A program made the position numbers and the translations under genes. Below are positions 17,742 through 27,401 of a DNA stretch of 64,000 nt, in pieces. The notes under the pieces were generated by a model that saw nothing but the letters and a program-made list of their open reading frames with translations, was not told the DNA's origin and searched no databases. How positions within the stretch are numbered: position 1 is the stretch's first letter; the number at the start of each line of letters is the position of its first letter. The stretch is from Gammaproteobacteria bacterium (GTDB lineage Bacteria > Pseudomonadota > Gammaproteobacteria > Ga0077554 > Ga007554): positions 983,314 to 1,047,313 of the forward strand of contig JAMPIW010000007.1 of NCBI GenBank assembly GCA_040183005.1, read 5' to 3'.

Positions 17742-20592
17742 TCATTGGATGGCTGCCCCCAATTCGGTGAGGTGCAACTTGATTTCATCTTCCGTCCTGC
17801 CCATTGCCTGCAGAAGGCCGACGTAGTTCTTCGCGACGGTGAGCGAGTTCGGGTGCTCCGTCCCCAGGCTTACGATAAAGACCTCCAGCGCACGGCGCAT
17901 CAGCGGCTCGGCCTCCACCCAGCGGTGGGTGGCTTGGAGCAGTTGGGCCAGATTATTGAGGTCACGGGCAACGCTGGGGTGATCCGCGCCGAAGCTCGCC
18001 TCGTCGATGGCCAGCGCCCGGCGCATCAGCGGCTCGGCCTCAGGCAGGGGATTGGTGTCCTGGAGCAGTTGGGCCAGGTTGTTGAGGTCGGTAGCGACCT
18101 CGGGGTGATCCGCGCCGAAGCTCGCCTCGTCGATGGCCAGCGCCCGGCGCATCAGCGGCTCGGCCTCCACCAGGCGGTGGGTGGCCTTGAGCAGTCCGGC
18201 CAGGTTGTTGAGGTCGCGGGCGACATCGGGGTGATCCGCGCCGAAGCTCGCCTCGTCGATGGCCAGCGCCCGGCGCATCAGCGGCTCGGCCTCCGGCAGG
18301 CGGTTGGTGGCCTGGAGCAGTAGGGCCAGGTTGTTGAGGCGGATGGCGACCTTCGGGTGATCCGCGCCGAAGCTCGCCTCGTCGATGGCCAGTGCGCGGC
18401 GCATCAGCGGCTCGGCCTCCGCCAGACGGTTGGTGGCCTGGAGCAGTTGGGCCAGGTTGTTGAGCTCGATAGCGACCCTGGGGTGATCCGCGCCGAAGCT
18501 CGCCTCGTCGATGGCCAGCGCCCGGCGCATCAGTGGCTCGGCATCAGGCAGGCGGTTGGTAGCCTGGAGCAGTGAGGCCAGGTTGTTGAGCTCGATAGCG
18601 ACCCTGGGGTGATCCGCGCCGAAGCTCGCCTCGTCGATGGCCAGCGCCCGGCGCATCAGTGGCTCGGCATCAGGCAGGCGGTTGGTAGCCTGGAGCAGTG
18701 AGGCCAGGCTTGTTGAGCTCGATAGCGACCCTGGGGTGATCCGCGCCGAAGCTCGCCTCGTCGATGGCCAGCGCCCGGCGCGTCAGCGGCTCGGCCTCGG
18801 CGTACTGGGCCTTCGCGAGGAGCAGCAGCCCGGTCTGGTTCAGCAGCCGGGTGGTGGGATCAGCGAGTCCGGCCGCATCGGCGTGGGCCGCGACCGCCCG
18901 CGCATGGGGCGCCAGCGGGTCGAGCACCGGCCAGTTGCGCACGTCCTGGGGATCGCCCACGAAAGCGGCGTCGACCCAGCGCAGTGCTTCGGCGAGGGCG
19001 GTGTGCGCCGGGTCGTCGCGCTGGCTGCGGCGGGTGACCTCCTGCACCAGCCGGTGGACGCTGAAGGTGGGCGTGTCGGCGGCGCGGGTGATCAGGGAGT
19101 AGGACTCCAGCTCGGCCAAGGCGGCGAAGGTATCGGCTGCGGCGGCATCGAGCTCCGGAACGGGCACGTCAAGCAGGGATTCGGGAATCGGCTCCGGCGC
19201 CAACCAGGCCAGGCGCTGCAACAGCCGCCGGGCGGGCTCACCAAGGCGCTCGAAGGAGGTCTGCCAGGTGACGGCGACACTTTTGGGGTACTGCATCAGG
19301 CGCGGGTCGAACCACGCCAGCACCTTGTCGCGCTGCTCCTGCCATTCTTCGAGATAGCGGGCGAAGCCGAGGCGGCGCTGGGCGATGTAGGCGCCCGCCT
19401 GTTCCAGGGCGAGGGCGAGGCGGCCGAGTTCTTTGGCCAGGGTTCGCGCCACGGCGGGGTCGTCGGCCTGCTTGCGGCGCTGGGCTGCGGTGCGCGCCAG
19501 CAGGAATTCTGTGGCGGCCTCGGGCGAGAGCACGCCGAGCGGCAGCGCCGCGATGCTGCCGCTCCAGTTGGCGAGCCGGCTGGTGAGCAGGGCGTGGCCG
19601 CCGCAGAGTTGCGGCAGCAGGGCTTCGACGGCCGCAGCGTCATCTTCCGTATCGATGTTGTCGAGAATGAGCAGCCAGCCGGGGTGCTGCCGCAGCCACA
19701 CCACTACCGCGTCGCGCTGCCTGGCTTCGTCCGTCTCCCGCTGTTCGGGCAGGTCGAGGATGGCGTGCCCACACAGCGCCGCCAGGTTGCGTTGCAGCGC
19801 CCCAGTGCTATCGGCGCTGTCGGCGCCGACGAACAGCAGCGCCGTATAGTCGTCGGCGCGCCGCCAGGCGTACTCCAAAGCCAGCCGCGTCTTGCCGATG
19901 CCGCCCATGCCGTTGACTACCCGCGCAACGACGGGCGTGGCGGCGCTTTTTGAAACGGGGGCTGGGACGGGGGCGAGGGCGGGAACGGGACCGAAGCCTG
20001 CAGTGAGGTCTTCGAGCGCGGCCTCGCGCCCCTTGAACAGATCGCCGATGGTGAGATAAGGCAGATTGCGCGGCTGCGGGCCGCGCTGTTGTAGCCGAAA
20101 GCCGTCACGCAGCACCAGCGCGCGCAGCTGGTCGAGTGAGCTGAACGGGTTCCAGTCCTTGCCGCTGCTGCGCAACTCCGTGAGGAACGCCTGCTGCAAC
20201 TGCGCGGCATCGTCTGATTGTTGAACCGCATGGGCCGCGATAAACTCGGGCGACGCGAAATAGAGGTAAAGCTCCTTCACCGGCTGGCGCGAGCCATCGA
20301 GCCGCTCACCCCTGGCAAGGTAATACTCCCACTGCGAATAGGAACGGCGCGGAAATCCGGCAGGACGCGCCACCTCATCCGGCTCCCAGCCGTAGGCATC
20401 CCCCACCAGCGCAATCACCCGATCACAGGTGGCGATGTACTGCTCCAGCTTCTCCAGCAACGAACGGCCATGCTGCTGAAAATCCTCCTGCACCACCACC
20501 TCCGCCCCTACCGCGCGCAAGTCGCTGGCCAAGGCATCGCGGCAATCCTTGAGCTGTGCAGATACGGCGGAGAGGAAGATCTTCATGATCAA
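17742..20592 (-). pseudogene. DUF4062-NB-ARC (STAND)-TPR NLR-like gene with a +1 frameshift at about 18709
   Basis: KIFLSAVS...SQWEY N-domain; Walker A GMGGIGKT; Walker B LLILDNID. One repeat has AGGCTTGTTG where its siblings have AGGTTGTTG; removing that base gives 949 aa. Confidence 0.87.
17890..18790 (-). repeat. About seven 126-bp (42-aa) kinesin-light-chain-type TPR repeats plus cap
   Basis: Unit AEPLMRRALAIDEASFGADHPxVAxxLNNLAxLLQATNRLxE; the first two units are essentially identical in DNA. Confidence 0.93.
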
Positions 20593-20802
20593 TGAGTATC
20601 CTCTGTTTTTGTTGGGGCGGTTATTGGTGCTTGGTTATCACCACAATACATGAAGCATTGGGGTAGGTCATGCAATCTACCCACGCCTGCCCAGAAACTA
20701 ATTACTCGAATTAGCCGCCTTGCCTACCAACTCCTTCTCTCAGATGCTACGACATTTGTGGTCGCGGGGCACCCGACAAGATTCGTCCCATGATTGATCA
20801 AG

Positions 20803-23800
20803 CTATTGATCAGGCTTCTGTCGAGTCGGCTTCTTCCGCCCACCCTTGCCAGTACCCCCTCCTTTCGATTTCGACTGCAGCGCCTGGACTGCGGCCGTGG
20901 GTTTCGGCTCATCCTCTCCCGTCAGCCCCTTCAGAATCGCTTTGATCGTTTCGACAGTAACGCCATCACCGCCAAGCCTTTCTAACATCTGCCTAATAAA
21001 CTTCAACTGGCTCACCACCGAGTCCTGTTCGCGCGGCGTGGCCTGGACAGCGGTGAACACCTCGCGATAACGGGCGATGATGCTATCTACGGCGTCGGCC
21101 TTCAGCCCACCCTGCATCAGGCGGCGAGCAATGTCGGCATCCGGCAAGGCGACGGCGTCCCACAGTGTGCGCGAGGTGGCGTAACGCTCGACGGCGGCCG
21201 CTTCGCAGCGCGTAAACCACGACTCGGCATGGGGCAGCTTGTGACCCAGCAGCGCCTCGAGGGTGATCCAGTTGAGGGCGTGATAAGGGTCAAGCTGGGC
21301 ACCAGTCTCGGCCGCCTCATGGTAATAATGGGCTGCTTGTTTCAGGGCCTTGAGCATGTGTTTGCTCTCAGTGTCGACCTGAGCGAGACGCTTGTAGGCA
21401 CTGCCCAACAGGGCCAGACGCTCGCGGGTCTTGCCCAACGCGATGAGATGACCGAGGCGCTCGATGGCACTGTGAATCATGGCAATGTCATTGGTTTTTT
21501 GCCCGAATCGCGCCTCGAGGTTAGCAAGTTGTTCGGCGGCCGAGATGTCTACGTCGCTATCCGTCTCATCTGCAGCCAGGGCACCCCGATAGTAGTCGAT
21601 AGCGGTTTTGAATTCGCCCAGCTCGCTGTAGGCACGTGCGAACCGGTACAGCAGTGCACCTTGTGTTTGCCATGCGGCCGGGCAATCTTTTTGTAATGCC
21701 GTGAGCCGCGCATTCAAATCCTTTTTCTTCTCTTCGATCTCCTGAGGCGTAAAGATGTTGTCATTTGAAAGGTCTTGTGTCTCGATCCATATCGACCCCA
21801 ACTCATAGAGCACCTCCTCCACTGACGCATACTGCCGTGCCCGAGACGTGGTGCTAGTGTCATCAGTGGTATTCAGGCGGAAATCGGGATCGCCGTAGGC
21901 CTGGTAGGCGCCCCAGGTATTGCAGTCGCGGAACTGCGTCCAGGTTTCGGTGCGTGCTTGTTGCAACGCAGCGCCGAAGGTCGCGCCATCGAGCATGGCG
22001 GTGTAAAAGACCTTGGCAAAACTGTTCGCCGCATCGTCACGCACCGCCCAGCCGGCCGCAACCACGGCACGCACACCCATTTCAATGAGCTCGCGCGAGA
22101 TGCTGGCGGCGAGTTTGTTATAGGCGACCGACGGGCTGTCTTTGGCCTCGGGCCCGATTTGTCCGAGATGGCAGCAGTTAACAAACACCAGGTCGGGGAC
22201 ATGGCGCATCTTGGCAATTTCCACCGCGGTGAGATACAGGCCGCCTTCCAGCACCATGCCGCTGCGTGCCTTTCCATCTAGCGTCGGTGTGGCCTCGTAG
22301 TAGCCGTGACCGGCCAAATGCAGCACACGATAAGGCTGGGCGTAGAGCCGGTTGAATACGTCGAGGCCACCGGGGCGCTCGGGGTTGTGCTCCACCGCAA
22401 ATCCCTTGTGCGCCAGCAAGGAGGCGACGAGCTTCGCCTCCGCGCGTGCGCCCGGTAACGACGGGATGGTGTCTGAGGTGACGGGATCGCCGACGACGTA
22501 GGCCGAGTTGGAGGTGGCGGCGCGAATCTGGGTACGAAAATTCGCCGTTTCCAGTTGCCGTACGAAACCCAGTTTCACGCACAGCGGCTCCACATCATCG
22601 ACCATCAGCTCCCAAGGGTAGTTGGCGGTCTCGGCGTCGACCTCGAGCACCAGACGGGTAATCTGTCCGATACCGTCCTTGAGTTCGTTGGGCAGCAGCA
22701 GCTCCCACAAGGTGCGCGCGATACCGGCGCGGAATTGACTGTCGCGCCTGGAGAGTTGCACATATTTTTCTATAAGTTCGGGCTGGAGTTGCTGTACGCG
22801 TACTTCGGTGCGGGCCCGGTCTGCAATGGCAACGTAACGCAAGGCGCGAGGTGGTTCCGCGCGATTCTGCGCATCGTCAAAGGCGCAGTCCAGCACGGCG
22901 CGCCAGGTCGCCGGATCGACCTGACTGGCATCGGCAAGACTGGCCTTGAGATGCACGGCCACCGCCTTGGGTAATAGAGGCAGGGGCGTTCTGGCATGTG
23001 TGGCGGCTACTGCTGTGACTGCCCAGCGGCGCCACTGGCCTGGCGTGGGCATTTGCGAACGCCGCAAGCGACCGTTACGGCCAATGACAAGCTCCGGCTG
23101 CGCGTCGATATGCACTTCCAATGACTGGGCGATCGCGGGCGCCAGCTTGCAGGCGGCATGCGCCGCTTGTGTCGCCGCGTCACTGAACAGCTCGATGATT
23201 TCGAGGCGGTGAATGCGAACAGGGATATGGGCCCGTTCCATTTCTGCGTTTGCCTGGGCAACCGCACGCATCAGGGTGGCGACCGAGTCTTCCACGGTGA
23301 TGGCCGCCGCCGAATTGGCCCCAATCAACAGGGCACTCAGGCCGATCGTTTGGATGCCTGTTGCATCTGCACTGCGAGGTCTGTTGTCACAGGTTTGCAG
23401 TGCGTACTGCAATGCCCCTTCACGCACCGCGTTTGCCAGCGTACCTGTGCCTAGATCACCCATGCGCCCGAGGCCGATCACGATGGCGCCGCGCGGAATG
23501 CCCAGGCGCATGTCCAGCTCGCTCGGCGGGCGCCGCACGATAGCGGTTGTCCCCGGCGCCCCAGGATAGACGCCAAGCTGATAACGTTGCGATAGGGCAT
23601 GGCCGAGTTGGCGGTCCAGATGGGCCTCGGCAGCGGTGATGGTATCGCCGAGGTAATGGCCGACCATGACAGGGTAACTGGCATAGCGCAGATCGCCATG
23701 CACCACGCAGACGCTGAGGCTTACCGGCTCACGCCGCCGGTAGGCGCGAACGGGCTTGCCCATGAACCCGGCAATGAGTTCACCGCGCGTGGGATAGAGC

Positions 23801-26469
23801 ACTGGCTGCGGCACATAAGGCAACACCATCGTCTCACCGCGCGCCAGACTGGGTGGCGTGGTCGGCAAGGCCGTGGTCTTGCCTTGTTCAAGCAGCTCGA
23901 GGAGCGCCGGGAACGCCGGTTTGTAATCGGCGAGTTCACCGTGTTCAGCGGGCATGTACCACGTCGCGACGCCAGGGAGTTTTCCTGCCTCGTACGTGAC
24001 GCGCCCATCGCCTGCATCGGTAGCGGACAGGACAATCCGGTCCCACTTGTCGATGTCTGCGCCACAGGGCGTCATGGGTGCGCTGCCCGCCACATAGACC
24101 ACGCGGTCAGGATGAGGGATATTCACTGGCAGCGTGGCCACGGCATCCTGTGCATCCGTCAGCAACTTTGCCGCAGGCACGGCCCCACCATTTTCGTTGC
24201 TCTTCTTGAGCGCTTGCCACGCCTTCTCGGTGTACCAATCGAACGCCGCGCCCTCGCCTGGCTGAGGCAGCAGTTCCAATGCGCCCTGGAAACCACCAAT
24301 GATGTCCACTACCCCCTGGAGGTCGTGCGCCAGATCAAGCAACGCAAGCTGGCGCACAGTTGATGCAGCCCCAAGCAAGGTCTCGACCATGGAATAAGAG
24401 CCGCGATTCGGCGTACCCAGCATAACGAAACGGCTACCCGGATGAGCACAGATCTGCTCCCACACGTCCGCATGGTCAGCAATGAAGCGGCGCACCACCA
24501 GACCGCCCATGCCGTGTGCGATGAAGCGCACCGGCTGGGAAGTGCGCTCGAGCACCTTGCCGACCTCTTGACCCAGGTCGGCAGCGGCCTCGCGGATGGA
24601 CTTGCGCCAATCGTAGGCGAAGGGCAACACCTCATGGGAGTCAGCAAGGTACTTACACAGACTGTCATAGTACTCACCCAGCAAACCAGTGGCCTTGACG
24701 TTGCTGTCGTGAATGTCCTTGATCTTCGCTAACCCACCCATCATCAGATTCGGGAAATCCAGCCAGATGCACTCGCCCTTACGCTCTAGCTGTGACCCCA
24801 TGATCCCTGGCAGCACAAACACCACCGGCTGTGGCACGCCCGCGCGGGTCTGTAACGCGCGCAGCATGGGCACCGGCTCAATATGCGCGCGCTCGAATGC
24901 TGTGAATCCCTGCGGGAACTGTCCGGCAGGCGCCAGCAACCACTGGGCGAGCTTGATGCGCGTGCGCGCGTTCTTGAAATAGTTGAAGTGGCTGACGTCC
25001 GCCCCCTGGTCGAAGATGTAATACTCCTGCGCGCGCTGCGCACCGTAGAACATCGAGTCGGTGTTGACCACGAGATCGTTATCGCGCTTCTCATAGATAA
25101 AGCGGTCGGTGATGAACACGGCCATGCGCTTGAACCAGTTGCCGCCCTCGATATCGCCGGCGATCACGCCCAGTTCTCCCCCCGATGCGGCGGCAGAATT
25201 CAGCAAGGCCACTAATGGTGACTCCGGCATCATCGCCTCGATGCCCGGAATCAGCGCCGGGTCGGTGCGGTCCCGCACTACCTGCAAGGTCACGCGCTTG
25301 ATGACTTCGTAAATGGGCGATTGACCGACTACCGGAATGAAGCCAATGAGATTGGTCAGCAGCGAAAGAAATTCGTCGATGTTGTCTGAGGCAAGCAGCG
25401 TGCCGCGCGCCGGGGAGGCCACGCGCGCAATGCGCATCATACGCAGACGCTTCTGTTGTAACAGGTCGCGCAGGCGTTTGAGCTGCTTCTTGTCATGTCG
25501 GTCGGCCTCACCGAGCGCCGAAGCGGGGCGTTGAAAACGATCGATATGGGCGTCGTCCAAATCGGGCACGCCAAGGCAGACCAAATCGCCCACCTGGCCG
25601 CCACGCGAATGGGTGACCAGAGAGATCTGCGCCCCTTCCGGCAAGCACTCGACGAGAGCAACGGCATTATCGATGGGGCTCTCACTCATGGTGCGGTGCT
25701 CGAAGGCATAAATATGCTCGCCGAACGTAGCCCGCAATGTGCGCCATTCCTGGCTGGCATCACCTTCACAAAAGGCCCCGAAGCTGCCGAGGGTGCGCGA
25801 GGCCGTGCCATGGATGAACACCAGGATGGGTTTGTCCTTGGGCAGATCGTTCGCATTCAGTGATGCGGCCTGGCTGAGGTCCAACGGCGCACCGGCGTCC
25901 ACCGCGGCCCAGCGGTATAGCCCGGGGGCGGGCGTGAGGCGTTTTTCGATCAGATACATGAGCAGCTTGGCGGTGGCCCAGGCACCGGCCTTTTCCACCT
26001 GCTCAAGCGCGAGATCCTTGACACAATCCGCCCAGTTTTTGGGATCCTTTAGCTGCTCGACGAGGTCATCGCCCTTGAGGCGCAACACCCGCAGTGCGCC
26101 GGCGAACCAATCCTTTACGCCGCGTTCCGCAACACTGGGGCCCGGCAAGCCCGTCAGTTCCAGGCCGCGCTCGGTGATAGCCTCAGGATGCCAGAGCGCC
26201 ACACGTTCCTGATATCGCTTTGCCGAGGTCCACAGGGTCAACCCGCCCTCAACCTCAATCTCGAGGATGTCATCATCCTCCACCTCCACCACCCGGGCTG
26301 GCGCGCCTTTGGCCGCCGCTCGGGCCGGTGGGGAGAGGTCAAAGGCATGCACCACCTCGATGTTGTTCAGCAGGTCGGTGGTGGGTGGCACCTCCGCTGT
26401 GCCGCGCAGCCCCACGCGAAAGGGCTCCAGTGGCTCGTCTCGCCCCGGGATGATGAGTTGGATGGTCAT
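20803..26469 (-). CDS. 1888-aa protein: alpha/beta-hydrolase (lipase) - second degenerate hydrolase - linker domain - CHAT caspase-like protease - TPR
   Basis: FIHGT...VTHSRGG (Ser nucleophile); LPGIMGS...IAHGMGG (Ser replaced by Gly); VLHLAGHG and VFVNCCHLG (CHAT His/Cys dyad); C-terminal TPR-like helices. Confidence 0.88.
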   Translation of the reverse strand: MTIQLIIPGRDEPLEPFRVGLRGTAEVPPTTDLLNNIEVVHAFDLSPPARAAAKGAPARVVEVEDDDILEIEVEGGLTLWTSAKRYQERVALWHPEAITERGLELTGLPGPSVAERGVKDWFAGALRVLRLKGDDLVEQLKDPKNWADCVKDLALEQVEKAGAWATAKLLMYLIEKRLTPAPGLYRWAAVDAGAPLDLSQAASLNANDLPKDKPILVFIHGTASRTLGSFGAFCEGDASQEWRTLRATFGEHIYAFEHRTMSESPIDNAVALVECLPEGAQISLVTHSRGGQVGDLVCLGVPDLDDAHIDRFQRPASALGEADRHDKKQLKRLRDLLQQKRLRMMRIARVASPARGTLLASDNIDEFLSLLTNLIGFIPVVGQSPIYEVIKRVTLQVVRDRTDPALIPGIEAMMPESPLVALLNSAAASGGELGVIAGDIEGGNWFKRMAVFITDRFIYEKRDNDLVVNTDSMFYGAQRAQEYYIFDQGADVSHFNYFKNARTRIKLAQWLLAPAGQFPQGFTAFERAHIEPVPMLRALQTRAGVPQPVVFVLPGIMGSQLERKGECIWLDFPNLMMGGLAKIKDIHDSNVKATGLLGEYYDSLCKYLADSHEVLPFAYDWRKSIREAAADLGQEVGKVLERTSQPVRFIAHGMGGLVVRRFIADHADVWEQICAHPGSRFVMLGTPNRGSYSMVETLLGAASTVRQLALLDLAHDLQGVVDIIGGFQGALELLPQPGEGAAFDWYTEKAWQALKKSNENGGAVPAAKLLTDAQDAVATLPVNIPHPDRVVYVAGSAPMTPCGADIDKWDRIVLSATDAGDGRVTYEAGKLPGVATWYMPAEHGELADYKPAFPALLELLEQGKTTALPTTPPSLARGETMVLPYVPQPVLYPTRGELIAGFMGKPVRAYRRREPVSLSVCVVHGDLRYASYPVMVGHYLGDTITAAEAHLDRQLGHALSQRYQLGVYPGAPGTTAIVRRPPSELDMRLGIPRGAIVIGLGRMGDLGTGTLANAVREGALQYALQTCDNRPRSADATGIQTIGLSALLIGANSAAAITVEDSVATLMRAVAQANAEMERAHIPVRIHRLEIIELFSDAATQAAHAACKLAPAIAQSLEVHIDAQPELVIGRNGRLRRSQMPTPGQWRRWAVTAVAATHARTPLPLLPKAVAVHLKASLADASQVDPATWRAVLDCAFDDAQNRAEPPRALRYVAIADRARTEVRVQQLQPELIEKYVQLSRRDSQFRAGIARTLWELLLPNELKDGIGQITRLVLEVDAETANYPWELMVDDVEPLCVKLGFVRQLETANFRTQIRAATSNSAYVVGDPVTSDTIPSLPGARAEAKLVASLLAHKGFAVEHNPERPGGLDVFNRLYAQPYRVLHLAGHGYYEATPTLDGKARSGMVLEGGLYLTAVEIAKMRHVPDLVFVNCCHLGQIGPEAKDSPSVAYNKLAASISRELIEMGVRAVVAAGWAVRDDAANSFAKVFYTAMLDGATFGAALQQARTETWTQFRDCNTWGAYQAYGDPDFRLNTTDDTSTTSRARQYASVEEVLYELGSIWIETQDLSNDNIFTPQEIEEKKKDLNARLTALQKDCPAAWQTQGALLYRFARAYSELGEFKTAIDYYRGALAADETDSDVDISAAEQLANLEARFGQKTNDIAMIHSAIERLGHLIALGKTRERLALLGSAYKRLAQVDTESKHMLKALKQAAHYYHEAAETGAQLDPYHALNWITLEALLGHKLPHAESWFTRCEAAAVERYATSRTLWDAVALPDADIARRLMQGGLKADAVDSIIARYREVFTAVQATPREQDSVVSQLKFIRQMLERLGGDGVTVETIKAILKGLTGEDEPKPTAAVQALQSKSKGGGTGKGGRKKPTRQKPDQ

Positions 26470-26555
26470 TGCGTCCTCTCCCTCTGTGCGCCTCAGGCGC
26501 GTTATTGTTGTACCCCCCTGCCCGCGCGGCCACTCGGCGAGCTTTCAGCCATTGC

Positions 26556-27401
26556 TCATGGCATGGGCGTGAGGAACGGCCGATCGAACTGATCCTTGCG
26601 CCCTTCGAGTTGCGGGGTCTGGTCATAATCGCCCTGCTTGAGGTTGGCCAGTGTCTTGCTGTGCAGCTCGCGATAGCTGAGTTTACCCTTGGCTTCGTTG
26701 ATTGCTGCAACGAGATTGTAGGTCAACGCGCCGTTATAACTGTTGCCGATATAGGCGTCGGCCGAAGTCTGGGTATCACGGCAGCCGGTGACGAGCAGCT
26801 CGGGGATATCAGCCACTACCACATCGCTCTTTTTGCGTTTCGCCCGTGGGGAGGCACGCAGTTCACCACGCAACTTGCCACGCAGTTTGCGACCGGACTC
26901 CTCGGCCATCATGTCCCAGGGATTGGGCAGATAACGCGGGATTATCGGCGCGTCCGGCGGCAGGAAGGCACGGGTGTTGGTGCCTGAGTGGCAACAGTCC
27001 ATGATGACGGTCAGGCTCACGCCCGCGCGCAGCTTGTCGAAGGTAGTTCGCAACCAGTCGTCCCTGAGCGGGTCCTTCCAGTCGAGATCCGTCGGGCACA
27101 GGATCTCGTCACGGTGATCGGCCTCGTCGCCATCATCGTCCGGCACGTTGGCGCCGTGACCGGAGTAATGCAACAACACCACATCACCCGCGCGCGCCTT
27201 ACTCACCAAATCGACGATGGCCGCCTGCATCGCCTTCTTGGTCGCCGCCAAATCGGTAAGCACAGCGATGTCGCCCGCCTTGAAACCGTAATACTTGGTG
27301 AGTACACCTTTCATGTTCTTCACGTCATTGACACAGCCCCGCAGATCCGCGCCGGGGATACTGTAACGATTGATGCCGATTAACACTGCGCGTTTGGTCA
27401 T
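26556..27401 (-). CDS. Metacaspase / caspase-family peptidase C14
   Basis: LRGCVND, HYSGHG (catalytic His), DEADHRDEILCPTD, MDCCHSG (catalytic Cys); ATGA overlap with the upstream NLR stop codon. Confidence 0.94.
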   Translation of the reverse strand: MTKRAVLIGINRYSIPGADLRGCVNDVKNMKGVLTKYYGFKAGDIAVLTDLAATKKAMQAAIVDLVSKARAGDVVLLHYSGHGANVPDDDGDEADHRDEILCPTDLDWKDPLRDDWLRTTFDKLRAGVSLTVIMDCCHSGTNTRAFLPPDAPIIPRYLPNPWDMMAEESGRKLRGKLRGELRASPRAKRKKSDVVVADIPELLVTGCRDTQTSADAYIGNSYNGALTYNLVAAINEAKGKLSYRELHSKTLANLKQGDYDQTPQLEGRKDQFDRPFLTPMP

